DNA of 64,000 nt from Octopus sinensis (Eukaryota). The stretch spans positions 46,438,001 to 46,502,000 of the forward strand of contig NC_043009.1 of NCBI RefSeq assembly GCF_006345805.1, written 5' to 3'. Below, in pieces: positions 12,636 to 26,580 of the stretch; within the stretch, counting starts at the first letter, position 1; the number at the start of each line of letters is the position of its first letter. The notes beneath the pieces are model-generated. The model had not been told where the DNA came from. It did no database searches and saw nothing but the letters and a program-made list of their open reading frames with translations. Made by a program: the position numbers and the translations under genes.

Positions 12636-14369
12636 ATTAGCTTTCTGACAGGTTTGTATCGAAATTAGCATTGCATACACACAGCAAATGTGCCATTTAC
12701 TGGTTTCAACAACCCATACTCATATGGGCCAAATGAGAAAAAATATCCAACAAAGGAGTTTCTACGTAGTTATTTGACATGCTACAAAGAATAACCAAAC
12801 TGCTCTCAATTGGATTACCTAATCTCCAAAAAAGATAAATATTGCATTGAAAAATTCAGTCCCGTATATATTATCTTTGAAAGGATAATATAAAGATGGG
12901 ATGATCATGGATGTAATATCCTTCATTTCTACCCGATCAGGGCTAACTAAGGAACTAATCAGCCCCATACCCCATTGATATTTTTAACCTAACAAGGCTA
13001 CTGATTCTGGCAATTTTAAATCAATCACCATCGAACATTTTACGCAAGAGTTAACCCCCATACATGCCAAAGACTTAAATATTTCTCTCCCTACAAGTAT
13101 TATTTGAAAGATAGGGATTAAGAAGGGTAAAGGATAGAGACAGAGTCAGTAAAATTAAATCATTTTACCATGAACACATAGTGAGGTCAACAGGATACGA
13201 AGCTTTGATGGTAGGTCATAGTAACCCGTACTCAACAGCGGAAGGGCAATGACTCCTTAACTGAATAAAATGACGAAGTTGTTGTTGAAAAGGCGCTGTT
13301 GGATTGTACGCCGAGGAAACATACATCGTCTAGCCTGACTAAAACAATCATATAAAAGACGTAAAACATGACATTCTTCTATACCATCATAATGCAGAAT
13401 CATAGCTGAAGCAGGAAAAAAATATATATTTAATAATTTAATACAATTATCTAATTTTATCTCAAAGAAATATCTATATGTCTGTCTTTCCAAATTGTGT
13501 TGATAGAATAATATTTTAGAAATCATAACAAATACCTGCTGATCGTACAACTGCAATCAATTTTATAGATAAGTTTTTAAAAAGATGTTTCATGATTCTA
13601 TCATACAGAAGTGGAATTTGACATCTACATTTGATGCAAAAGATATAGTTTGTCATCAATCTGTTTTTCTTTCTCTTATATATGATTCATTTGTATGAGT
13701 TTTATTTTCTTTTTCGTCACACTTTAGAGAAGCAGTTTATTTCGCTAGGATGATATAAAAGATTGATATCATTGACATGGAAGAAGTTGGGTCACAATTA
13801 ATAGCTTAACTCGTTTCTTGTCGTAAAGAGAACATGTAACTTAATACTAGCTAAACTCATGCAAAATATTCATTGACGTCATAGAGTAGAGAGCAATGTT
13901 CTGTAGTTCTACTACAACACAGATCGTATATCATAAATGCAGTAAGTCAACGATGGAACGGAACCGCTACATGTGTGCTTGACACGCAAGAAACAGAAGC
14001 CAAGTCTCATCAGGCTACTCTCTTATCAAAGACACATTGAGGAAATTCGAGATACATTATACCAAACAAGATGAAATCATCTGGGCTCCAATGACCAGCT
14101 CCGATTCAGAAATAAACCTCCCGACAGCAACCACCAAAACCACACCAAAGCATAAACCAGCAGCAGCAGCACCTGTAAAAAGTTAAGGAAAAAGCCTCTT
14201 TACGGTTAGATATACTCTTAGAAATAGCAACAAAATCGGCTGAAATACATTCTACCGCCTTTAACAAAGACACCTTAGACAACACAGCACTCACTGACGC
14301 CTAGACTTTTCCCAAGAACATCGTTGTCATCTTACTTATATCTTGTCCTGTATATATTGCAGAATGGAA

Positions 14370-15790
14370 ATTCTAATGACTGGTAGCGAAAGCTAGAACT
14401 GTTAAAGAGCATCCTTTTCGAACTGGGATGCGGAAAGCTACGTCCGCGTATGCGGATGACATCAGGGTAATAGTGACATATACCATGGAAGCTCCAGTTA
14501 TCGATAACATTTTAAATGAATACCAGGCGATGGTAAGAGCAAAGATAAATCTGAAGAGGTTAGTGGGCTTGCAGCTCGGTAAATAGAGATGGAAGAGTCT
14601 GCCAACGAAATGAGTAGTGGGTCGATGAATAGACGAACCAATGAAATTCCTCTGGAATTGAGTATTTCCACTGGTCAGCTGGTCATCTTTTACTAGCGCC
14701 TTCTGGAAATTGAGTTTGGCTACGTCACTACACATTTGTCTGGATGGAAACCCTATGCCGTCTCACTTTGTAACACACTCTTATCTGCAAGTCATTTCTT
14801 TGAGAGAACTGCAATACTGGGTCAAGAAAACATCAAGATTGTGTGCCTGGCATCAGGAATGTCGCTGCGTGCTGACTTCCTTTTATCATTGCGGTCGGTG
14901 GAAGTTCTACATTAGCTATATATAGAAATCTAGTGCTATGTAAGAGGGATGACGTTCTCGGGGGAAACTCTTGGTGTCGACGAAGATAAATTAGCTGATT
15001 TGTTTCGGAGAACTTTCAGGCCCAATACTAACATGGATACCTTCCAGAAATCCCTGGCCTGGCAGTGATACCGAAGAGCACTGTCGGTCCTAGGTAAAAT
15101 CCACAAGCAGGGAAGCGCTGTCAGGCGGGACTGTCCGAAATGAACGAGCGACGAAACTTTTCTAACGTTCTAGTGTAGTATCTGAAAGTTGCTGCTTCGT
15201 ACAGGTATGTTATACGGCTGTTATCGTGTGTGGGACGAATATGATTATCAATGGAATCCAACCTGAGGATTGCCTACCTCCCACTTATAACAAAGCAGTG
15301 TTCCACTGTCTATTGGATATGGCGAAACATGTTGCCTGGTGGACGGAGCTGAAAGGATTCAAGAAAGACACCTTCCTCTTCGATCAAACCGTCATCAAAG
15401 ATTTTAACTTACCTTTGGAAAGGAAAGTGCAGGTGGGGTGGGAAGTGCTACATTTGGGAAATTTCTGAAAAGGTGGATGACTATGACTAAAAAGTTTAGG
15501 ATACGCCTGTATATTGAGAACAACAATTGAGAGAGGGTATGTGCTTCTAGTGAGCAGGTTAATCCGGATTTTGTGACGTTCTCTCATTGCTTCGAGTTGG
15601 AATTTTTCCTGCATCAAGAGGACTGCAAACTTTGTAAACGACGTATAATTTTTATCGCATTTCACTGTCTTTTCCATTCCTTTGTCCTCATCTTTTATGT
15701 AAACTCTACCTCCAAACTGTTGACTGTTGATTTGATGCTTCTTTACTAATAAAAAAGATAATAATGATAATAATAATGATAATAATAAAT
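14370..15790 (+). mobile_element. Old Tx1-like (L1 clade) LINE 3' fragment
   Basis: SAYADDI RT motif at about 14442-14463, MDTFQKSLAWQ-like zinc-finger region at about 15033 homologous to 33584, aataaa followed by a (TAA)-like tail. Confidence 0.75.
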
Positions 15791-16356
15791 ACTATTATTG
15801 TTGATTTTGTTGCTGTTGTTTCCGATTTAGATAAATGTGTGTATATACGTATTCTCTGACACACATATATGTGTGTGTATATATATATATATGTGTGCGT
15901 ATGTATGTATTATGTATGTATATATGCATGTATACACATTTGCATATATGTATGCGTGTGTATGTGGAGAACATACACACGCTCTTGAAGTAAGAGAATA
16001 AAAAAACTTCCTTACTCGTCAGGTAGGTAAAATTTTGGCGACAGGAAAGGTATCCATTCATAAAAATGCTAACTCCAAAACAAACACCAGTTCAAAAATG
16101 CTAGCATAGGTTAATGGGCACAAAACCATACCGACGTTATGTATGTATGCTTGCATGCATTAATCCCCGCCACACACACACAAACACACATGCACTCACA
16201 GACACACACACGCACAGCACACACACAACATATACTCACATACGTATACATGTATATATATATATATATGTGTGTGTATATGTATAAATGTATATGTACA
16301 TATATAAGTATATGTATATGTACTTATATACGTATGTATTATGTATGTATGTATGC

Positions 16357-16441
<85 letters not shown>

Positions 16442-16451
16442 GTGTGTATAT

Positions 16452-16720
16452 AGTTAATCCAAACATGAAAACACAAAGAGGAAACACAACAACGTGAGGA
16501 CGTGGTACAAGAAGTACTGCATTATCAGACGCTCAGGAAAGGACAGAAAGAGTATTTTACGTTTCGAGCAAAGCTCCTCTTCAGAAATGGAGGAAAGCCC
16601 AAAGGAAGGGAAGACGGAGGAAGAAAATCGCCTATGATACACACGTGGTTACATTTTGAAATGACCGGATGAAGAAAAAGTTCTTTCTAAGACAGGAGAG
16701 TGCAAGATAAGATATGTATG
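16452..16720 (-). mobile_element. Short PLE pLTR-like repeat carrying an intact hammerhead
   Basis: Unique-looking block embedded between (TG)/(TA) microsatellites, containing the hammerhead at 16554-16588. Confidence 0.55.
16554..16588 (-). ncRNA. Minimal type-I hammerhead ribozyme (intact core)
   Basis: Minus strand: ATTT CTGAAGA G GAGC TTT GCTC GAAA CG TA AAAT; stem I ATTT/AAAT, stem II GAGC/GCTC, palindromic ACGT stem III, GUA cleavage site. Confidence 0.8.
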
Positions 16721-16888
16721 TGTATATGTAGGTATGTGCGCGCGCGCGTGTGTGTAAAAATAGCACAAGTATGAGCGTAGGTGCGTGTGTGTGTTGTTTT
16801 GGCTGTTTATATGTGTGTGGAGTGGACTTTGTTTTGCTTAATGTCGAAGGAAGAATTTACAGTAATAACACAGATGCACAGATATATA

Positions 16889-16919
<31 letters not shown>

Positions 16920-17099
16920 GTATATGTTGTAATTATTATAATTATATTTATTAGTCTTTTATTCTTTTACTCGTTTCAACCATGCGGTTGCAGTCATGCT
17001 GGAGCACCATCATTAATCATCACAATCATTATTTTAACTGGCATGATTACTATAGGCGGCAGGTTTTATTTAAATCGTTTGAAAGTATATTTTGTCAAG

Positions 17100-19600
17100 T
17101 GTGGGAATCTCATAGCCTGTTCCTGTCTAGTGTTTATACGAGTAGATCTAGCAGTGAAAATTTGGTACAATTTTTCCACATGAAGTTCACATATATTATC
17201 ACCTTTTCTATAAGGTTTTGCCTTACTAATTATTTCTCAAACAATCGAAAATACTTTGTTACTATCTTCTAGTGCCCAAATTAGCTTGCTAAGGCTAGTA
17301 CAATTCATTTTGTTCCTATTTCTCAACGAACTTAAATGATAGGCAATTCTCTGCTTAATATAACATGAGCTAGCTCCTATATAGAAGTACTACTTATTTT
17401 CCGAGGTGACCTTACATCTTTATACGATAGTTTATTATACCTACAACAGACTTTGTTCCTTGCACAATCGCATTTGATAGTTCTACTATTTCTATTAATA
17501 GTGTCCGCTTCACCTTCTCAATATGTGATTTTAATATTCGGTCTATCTTCTAAGGTATTAGTCTTTTGCATAGAGACAACATTCTGAGTACTGCGCTTTT
17601 TAGGATTCACATCTACTTCTAGGCTAATGGGGGAGTTCACTTGTGTCACTTGAGTTTTATTGGTTGTCAAACCATAGTTCCTATCCTGATAACTCGTAGT
17701 TTTTCTTACGGTTTGTTTGCTCATTTGGACATTTTGTTATTTGCTGATCTATAATTATAACTCTAGTTACTATTATTGCTATTGTTCATATGGAAACTCT
17801 TAAATTTACTAGCTTCGTGTGTTGCTATAATCTGTGTTGGATCTTTGGTATTAGAAAAAGATAGTCTAAATCTATGTTTATTACATTGTTTAGAAATTGT
17901 TTAGTCAATGCCGAATAAAATAATTTTTTATATTGGAAAGTATTTGCTTTCCGAAGGGAATTATATACCGTTCGATATAGCAAGAGGTATCTATGTTATT
18001 AAGGCATGTATTTCTATTTCTACCTAAGCTGTTTGTAAAAATGTGTAACCTATTTAGCTGGTTCTTATTACGGCATTAGCTTTGTTTTCCATTATATTTG
18101 CCATTATATTTGTCACTTATTTTTATAGTACTATTTACAGAGCTCATTCATTGGGTTCCTCCCCTATCTGAATTGGACCTCTTAGTAGATCAATTCATAT
18201 CTAAGCTACTTTGCACTTTATTTGGCACAAATTCAAGTAAATTTGTACTCTTGTTTTTTTATTTCTAGGTGCTCTATTATTGTATTCTAATTGTACAGAC
18301 TTCCTATCTTTTATCTTTCCCACTGTCTGTTCTTTTTGGTTAATGGTTTTCTTCATATTATGCATACTACTTAGATTATTGTCAGGGTGGTCTATCTCGC
18401 TACTTATATTATTTCTACGATTACTACCGTTAAAGAATTTTAATTTTTCTCTATATGCCGCTTAAGCTAAATTGTAAACATCCTCATTTAGTTTAAATAC
18501 TTACTCGTTTGATGAGAGGTTAGTAATGCGGATCGATATATTTTCTACTATAGATTGGGTTATACTTTTGGGGTGGTTGCCATTTTTATGAATGTATCTA
18601 AAGTTCGTATTAGATTTATGATATGGCCTGTATATGCCTGTACTTAAATAAACATCTAGAAAGTTACCTGAGTTATGCTCCTCTTATATTGTTATTGAAA
18701 GTCCTATGTTTTTCGATATTTCTCTATGCCCCGGTTTGAGGAGTTAAACTGGGTGAAAAGTCCATCATCCCTGTATATATCTCCTCCTTTTTCGGGGAGT
18801 TCATTATACAGGCAAAATAAAATGTATATCCCTACTAAGTCTGTTATATGTCCAGAGTCTGTCGATCGCATAGTTATATCGAACATTCTGGTCTATCCTT
18901 TTTCACCCAGTACTTACCTCAAATTTGATAATTGATTCCCTAGCTGCAAGAATATTGTCGACCTCTACTCTTGTAAGACCTGAGTTTTTCATAGCAAACA
19001 TGAGTGCTTTATTTAAGAGGATAGGGTTAATTGAAGCATAATAGTTATGTATATTTGCATGAATCTTCTTTTATTTTTATCTGGGGTTTTAGTAAACAAG
19101 TTAGTTACCTCATATGAAACAGACCATATTTTAAGCTTAATGGCATTCCTAAATGTGGATATATACTTATGTATCATATGCTTACCTAACTTAGCAAGGT
19201 CCGATTTAGCGGGACAAGTGAGTCTAACGGTAGGGTTAGTGTAAAAGTTAGGTTTATGGTCCTTAAGATTAATTCTAGGCGTTTTAGACTCGTAAGGTTA
19301 AGTTCTAACTGCTAAAATATATTTTTCCACGATACCGTTCGCTTGTTGATTAAGTCGTGTAAGGTTGTTAGGATTTGTGGTTTTATAACTTTTAGTTATT
19401 TCTTTTTTGAAGTAGTGTATAGTAATGACATTGGGCTAAATGGTACAGGTTACCCGTTTTATTCGCGTGCACTAAAATTCTCTCTCTTTTCTTAAACTCT
19501 TTAGTAATGGAGTGTAGTTTCTGGAGGTGTTGATGTGTTGATTTGGTGGGATAGCGGGCATCTATACGATTTTGTGAGATAATACGGTATCCGCCAGGAT
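17100..19600 (-). mobile_element. Penelope-like retroelement, decayed (RT plus GIY-YIG endonuclease)
   Basis: Minus-strand pieces LKDHKPNFYTNPTVRLTCPAKSDL, FDITMRSTD..DLVGIYIL..IYRDDGL, YRPYHKSN..YIH..NHP, and YRCKV..YFYIGAS..KQRIAYH..TSLSKLIWAL (GIY-YIG). Confidence 0.9.
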
Positions 19601-19976
19601 AATTTATTCTTTATATATATATTCTTTTGTTCTTTTATATGTTTCAGCCTTGAATCTTAGGCCATGCTGGCTCACCGCCAGCATGTATATATGTTATTTA
19701 ATATACACAATACATGTTTTTATGTTCTACTAATAATTTCATATGTTGTAATATACCTCCATATTTACCGGGCACAAAACCACATATCATAACGAACTAA
19801 AAATTGAATGACAGAAGAAACGCAGAAACTTTTATTTGCGAAGAGGCATAGATGAGGGGAATATCACAAAGGTAGTCAACAATTTGGGGTTGGGGTTTAC
19901 ATAAAAGACGGGGACAAAGAATAGTACATTAGTACATTAGACACATAGCTATATATATACATAGATACATATATAC

Positions 19977-20078
<102 letters not shown>

Positions 20079-20081
20079 ATA

Positions 20082-20118
<37 letters not shown>

Positions 20119-20121
<3 letters not shown>

Positions 20122-20701
20122 CTAGCAATTTGAGGTGCTGTTTTGCCCTTGTTTATGTATTTTACCTTTTTAGTTTTTAATTGCTTTAGTCACCTATATT
20201 ATAACGTGTTTAATATATCATAATATTAATTTATCGTTATAATGTCGTATTGTATGTTTATATACGCTCGAACCGCTTTGAAGTTTGGCACTCGCTGTTC
20301 AACGGTCATTTTCCTTAATGGACTAATGGGAAACAAGCTATCTCCTTAACCTTGAGTGATTTATGGATTCCGCTGAAGAGAAACGAAACGTTATAGGTTA
20401 AATTTCGAAATCATATAATAGAGTCTTACAAAATTACTTCATTCTGCGAGTTTTATCCCGCTGCAGAAAGATGTTGTGGCTTGCCGCTCGCAGACCTTTT
20501 GAACATCTCATGAGGTTGGTGATTTTGTGTGGCTATTCGAGCTATATTTTTTTAGCTCTTATTTCTAGTAATTTCAGGTGCTCTTTTGCATCCTTATTTA
20601 TGTGTCCTACCTTTTTGTTTTTAATTGCTTTCGCCACCTATATTATAACGTATTTAATATATCATAATATTAATTTATCGTTATAATATCTTATTGTATG
20701 T
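20119..20701 (+). repeat. Partial tandem repeat with about 440-bp period, containing a degenerate hammerhead
   Basis: 20119-20257 is repeated at 20561-20701; CTGAAGA GAAA...TTTC GAAA lies at 20373-20410. Confidence 0.7.
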
Positions 20702-20725
20702 ATCTATCTCTCGCTCTCTCTCTCT

Positions 20726-20774
<49 letters not shown>

Positions 20775-20797
20775 ATATATATATATATATACATACA

Positions 20798-21180
20798 TAA
20801 AGCATAAATTCAGGAGCTATGAGGGCTGAATATATATTTATTTAACCACGTGACTTCCATAACGTTACGGCCGTTTCTGAACCTACTTCATAAAGAATTA
20901 ATTTCGGTATGCAGGAAATTATATGTACATGATTGTATTAGTATATATGCTTGGCATTATGCAATGCAATTGTATTCACCAATGAATTCAATTAAAGAGA
21001 GCCTGCTTATCAGATCACCATAAACATCATGATTGTATCAACAGTTCATCTCTTAAAGATGCACATAAAATTCACTCTTTATATATTACAATGTATGAAA
21101 AGCTAGATCTGAACAAAATTATATTGATTTGCTCAATAAAGTGTAAAGAAAACAGAACAAAGGTATACTATGAGGCTATT
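20798..21180 (-). mobile_element. Second copy of the 611-960 repeat, with a degenerate hammerhead (about 20863-21016)
   Basis: Minus strand GAT CTGATAA GCAG...GAAACGGCCGTA; shares blocks with 611-960. Confidence 0.55.
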
Positions 21181-21916
21181 CATTACAAAAAATAATTTTT
21201 CATATATGAACGCTTTCAGATCAAACAAAGTACCAAGGATTTTACCATCGTTAATTTAAGCAAAATAGATTGCGTTACGTGTGTGCGTGCCTTTGTATGT
21301 ATGTGCGTGATTCTCTGTGTGCGTGTGTGCGTGCACGTGCACCAGATGTGTTTCTGTCTGTACGAATATGAACACAAGGCCTTTAGTTTCTAGGCTAATT
21401 TTTGTGTCCCTGCTTTCTACACACGTATGCATCTCTATTTCACAGACTTTGACCCCCCTCTCTCTCTCACGTACATACATACACACACACGTACAGTCAC
21501 ACACATACATACATAAACATACACACACACGCAAACACACAAACACCCGCACATACGCACACATAGATGCAGCATTCCTGGTGACATTATTTGTACTTGA
21601 ATCATCTGATAATGAGTGAGATATCGTGGGAATGTGCGAGAATCGTTGTAATATCCTGTTGACAATTAATCTCGTTTTTAATTAAGATGTATACAGATCT
21701 ATCTCATATGACTCTACTACAACTCTCGCAACATAAGTTCGGCTCATCAACAGCGATCTTGCTGAGCGATTCCAGAGATAGTAACTTTCCATCGCAATCT
21801 TCATTTCTCTGGTACTCCGAAATTTCCTCCTCTTCATCCTCCTCCTCCTCCTCCTCATCATCATCATCATCATCATCATCATTTCCTCTGAAATTTCTGG
21901 CCTTGAGCCCAAATGA

Positions 21917-22455
21917 TTATTATTATGCCCCGAAAACTCACAGCTTATTTTGCTAGGTATGATGGAAAGTGTCAGCTGTCCACATCCAGCAAACTAAGGT
22001 GACACTTGTTTACTGGGCATGCTTCAAGAACCCTGCGAAAAATTCCTTTCAGTTCCAAACAATGCTGATTTTTGTAGGTGATCTACATACACACTTGTAC
22101 TAATCTTTTTCAACCATGTTGGTAGATGAGTGCTGATACTTCCAAGCGCACCAGTTACTATTGGTATCACGTCTACTATCCATAGTTGTTCAGTTTTCCT
22201 TTTTTCTCTTTGATCATGTTGTCACTGCTGAATACTATCTCTTTACTCTTTTACTTTTTTACTTGTTTCAGTCATTTGACTGCGGCCATGCTGGAGCACC
22301 GCCTTTAGTCGAACAAATCGACCCCGGGACTTATTCTTTGTAAGCCCAGTACTTATTCTATCGGTCTCTTTTAGCCGAACCGCTAAGTGACAGGGACGTA
22401 AACACACCAGCATCGGTTGTCAAGCAATGCTAGGGGTACAAACACAGACACACAA

Positions 22456-22554
<99 letters not shown>

Positions 22555-23560
22555 TATACGACAGGCTTCTTTCAGTTTCCGTCTACCAAATCCACTCACA
22601 AGGCATTGGTCGGCCCGGGGCTATAGCAGAAGACACTTGCCCAAGGTGCCACGCAGTGGGACTGAACCCGGAACCACGAAGTTGGTTAGCAAGCTACTTA
22701 CCACACAGCCACTCCTGCGCCTATGTCAATTATCATACATTTTCTTTCGTTTTTATTCCCCACAACCATGACCGGTTTCCGATATCTGGTCAAGTGAGCG
22801 CACTGAGTCCTTGCATCCCACAGGATTTTGCAAATCTCGTTCTCGGTGACTCATTCTGGGGCTTGTTCATACCACATCTTTGTTCTCTGTGGGCTGTGAT
22901 TTCCACGGAGCTCCCAGTAGATCATTCTTGCCACAATGTCATGGCGTCTTTTGTATTCGTGTTGTACTAATTTCAGGCATTCGCTAGCGTTGTGCCATAA
23001 CGTTTCAATCCTCTCACCATATATTCTACATTTGTCGCTGTCGTTAGTGTTGTCTATTCTTCACTTCACTTAGTTGGTCCTTAACACTTGTTCTTGAGCT
23101 GCACATATAAGTGCTTCTGTCTCTGTTCTTAAAGTCATTCCTCCTCATCCAGAGCCACCGGTCCCCTGCATCTGTCTTGGCATTCACATCTCTTGCAAAC
23201 TGACCTTACATTTTTCTCCATCTATACTGTTCTTTCTTTCGTATTTATTTCTTGAAATTTTTTTTTCATTACTCAATTCTCAGTTTTGAAGACGCTGCTC
23301 TTCGTATGTGTCAACAATGGCTCCACGGTTATTTCTTATATACCACCCTAAGCTGTTTTCCTCTGCTTTGATACAGTCCTGCCAACTGATCAAACCTCTA
23401 CCACCTTTGTTCTGGATAAATACAGCCTATCGCTGTCACTCTTTTGGTGGAAGGCTCTGTGGACTGTAAATATTTTTTTTTAACTTAGTACACATTTTCA
23501 TCCCAGCCTCATACCGAAGTGATGCTATCGTCTGCATATTAACTGCTTGGATTTAATTCT
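21917..23560 (-). mobile_element. RLE-type (Dong/R4-like) LINE 3' fragment interrupted by a SINE
   Basis: Minus-strand translation LRTETEALICAAQEQVLRTN..DKCRI..EYKRRHD and LQKSALFGT; the 3' end abuts (TAA)n at about 21917. Confidence 0.8.
22239..22722 (-). mobile_element. SINE family A with expanded internal (TA)n
   Basis: Reverse complement of the 12232-12635 element. Confidence 0.9.
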
Positions 23561-24529
23561 ATCCAGTCAATTTTGAGCGGAACACCAACCCTAGTCTTCG
23601 GAAATATGCCATCCACAGTTGGTCTTTCATTTCCTTCCTTCCTTTCTTCTTCTTCTTCTTCTTCTGAGAAGAAGAAGAAGAACATAAAATGTTTTATGCT
23701 TATATAGCCGACTTTAGGACCTGAGGTCAAATTCCACCTTTGTCTCCTTTACGTTTTTCGATGAAAGGTCGATGTAACCGTCTGTTACCACCCCCAAAAT
23801 GTCAGGCCCTGTGCCTTTAGTATAAGGGATCATTATTATTATTTTCGCATTTTATTTATAAAATACTCCGCTTTCTCGTACATAATTTGTCCCTTGGAAG
23901 ATTAAATGGTCAGCGACCACGTTGAAACTATAACTATGATGTGCAATTCTTTATATATATCGTGTATATTTTATTTCGAAAAGCAGTCTCGTTTAAATAA
24001 AGCTTAGGTATTCTCCGCAATATGTCTGAAGCTCTTACATCACGAGAAAGCAAGACCAATCAGCAGGCGTGATCAGAGAATTCTATGAATTATTTCCTTC
24101 ATACATAATATTGTTTAAAATTACATTTGCAGAAAATCTCAAACGAAAGACAAACAATTGGCTTAAAATAATCAACAGGGAATTATTTGATGCAGTTTCT
24201 CATACTTATGTCAATGTTTCAGGCTAATCTCTTTCACGGTTCTTTATAGGTATTATACCTCACATCCAAATTTCTCTACATCTCAAAATAATATATCAAG
24301 TTTGGGTATATTTAAATTGATTTTTGTATCGTATTCATTATGAACTGACGTTTTCTGTCCGCCCCAACTTAGGATTGTGAATGTAAGATTTTAAATAACT
24401 CATTGCTATTATTATTATTTTTTTTTACTTTACACTGTTTTACAATTGACGCTCATTGGATTGTCTATGTTTTGCTTTCAATTTTGAAATAAATCATCCT
24501 CAACATCCTCTGCATATCTTCATTATCTT

Positions 24530-24730
24530 CAATTAACTTTCGCCTTCGATACAAGCATAAGTTAGACGGCTTAATAGGGTTTGACGAATTGGAGGACAGA
24601 ACCATGTACCACAGTCTTTTTTTGCATGTTTTCTACGGCTGGATGCCCTTCCTAACGCCAACCACATTACGGAGTGTATTGAGCGTTTTATTCGTAGCAC
24701 TAACACCAGTGATCTCCTCGTAACTTGCAA
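24530..24730 (-). mobile_element. SINE-like repeat family C
   Basis: Minus strand ggttggcgttaggaagggcatccagccgtagaaaac, a motif common in metazoan SINEs and non-LTR UTRs. Confidence 0.55.
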
Positions 24731-25399
24731 GGCCTAAAGTGGACAGTAATAACTGACGAAGAACATGGGAAAGAGTATGCGATGATCGTGAACGGGGAGA
24801 TGAGGGGAGGCTAGAGAAGGATGGCAGAAGACAGAGTTGGGGGAAGTGATTAGAAACAGGGTTGAAAAAATAGGAAAGATGGATCTGAAAATATGATAAA
24901 GGGAATTGTATAAGGTGTGGTCAATAGTTATCCAATACTATAAGGGTGACTATGGACAGAAGGTGTGAAGAAAAAGTGGGCATGAAGGGTCAAAAATAAT
25001 CCAGAAAGAGTAACTGAAGGAATGATTGGCATGAAGCGGTCGGGCAGGTTGGTCAGGGGCAGAATGATGAGAAGGGGTGTTGAGGAAACAGATATGACAA
25101 AAAGGGTTGTGAGAAAAGGAAAAATATATTCATAATTAGTTTGCTATATACCTCAGAGAAACTCAGTTAATACTAGAGAAGATCACAGGATAACAGGAAG
25201 CATGAATAAAATACTGGCAAATGAAGTGATCAATGAAATCGACCAATATACTTGATATATATTATGTTGAATTCCATCAATTTTATCTACTATTCGTTTC
25301 CACATATATCGTAGACTAGCTGAGTTTGGAATGTAAGTTTTGTGATATTAAATCTATATCACTTACTTTATAACGCATCTAATCGACAGAAACTATGTG

Positions 25400-25870
25400 A
25401 ATTATGAACTAACAAAATGATTTTTAATATTCCATTACGTCTGTTTACTTTCTGAGTCGAAATATCGCCTGATTCAGTTTTGTCTCTTATCTCACTGGGG
25501 TGGATAAAACGAGAATCAGTCAAATACTGGACTTGATAAAATAGACTCTACCTCTCAGACCAAAAGAGTTTGGTTTGTTTCAATGATAAAAATCATCTAT
25601 CATGCTAATTTCTTAATAAAAACATTCATATTTCATCGTCAACAACAAAAGTGGTAATTCTAAATTTGACAAAGGACAGCGATTTTGAGGAAAGAGATAG
25701 AGTCGATTGTATCGACTTGATACTTGACTTGTACTTTATTTCGTTGGCCCCAGAACGACGAAAGGCAAGTTCACCTTAACGAGATTTGAACTCAGAACGT
25801 ACATAGCTTGAAGATATGCCACTAAGCTTTTTGTCTGATGCGGTAACGTTGCTATCAAGTCTCCGTCTTA
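25400..25870. mobile_element. Two old SINE family B relics in opposite orientation
   Basis: gtttactttctgagtc.aaat..cgcc (plus) and gaaaggcaagt..acct...gatttgaactcagaacgta (minus). Confidence 0.55.
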
Positions 25871-26479
25871 ACAACAATATAATAATAATTTGATTGCTAC
25901 GATAGTAACTTAAAATACACATATTCTCTTATCTCTTGTTATGTTTCTGCATAGTATCGTACAATTCACAGTAGGAGGGGTGGAGTTGAGTCAGCGGTGT
26001 GGCCGTTAATCCACAAGATGTTATTTCATCCCACCCATTACACAAAATACAAGATATTTGTACTGAGAAAAAATATATTCTCAGCTCTTGCTGCGCAATG
26101 GGGGAGGCTTAGACAGTATATAATTTCTTTCCTGTAATCAACTCTAGTAAAATAACTCTTCTCTCTCGTTACTGCAGAATTAATAAAATAAATCATGCCA
26201 AAATATGATGACACTTCTCGCATCTTTTCCCTTTAAACGGCAGATCGAAAAATTAATTTTTTGTAAATAAACACTTTCAAATATTGGACACTGGTAGAAT
26301 GTGTCATATAAAACATCTTTTACTCTTAGTGTTGTTGAGAAAAGTTTCTATTTTCAAAGTGTTAACGTTGTCATATTCGGTAATTTCAACCAATCAATGG
26401 CGTATATTCCGACTCTATATCTACCACAATATTATTTTACAATGAAATGTAAAAATTTTCCTTCTTCTTCTTCTTCTTC

Positions 26480-26573
<94 letters not shown>

Positions 26574-26580
26574 CATTATT

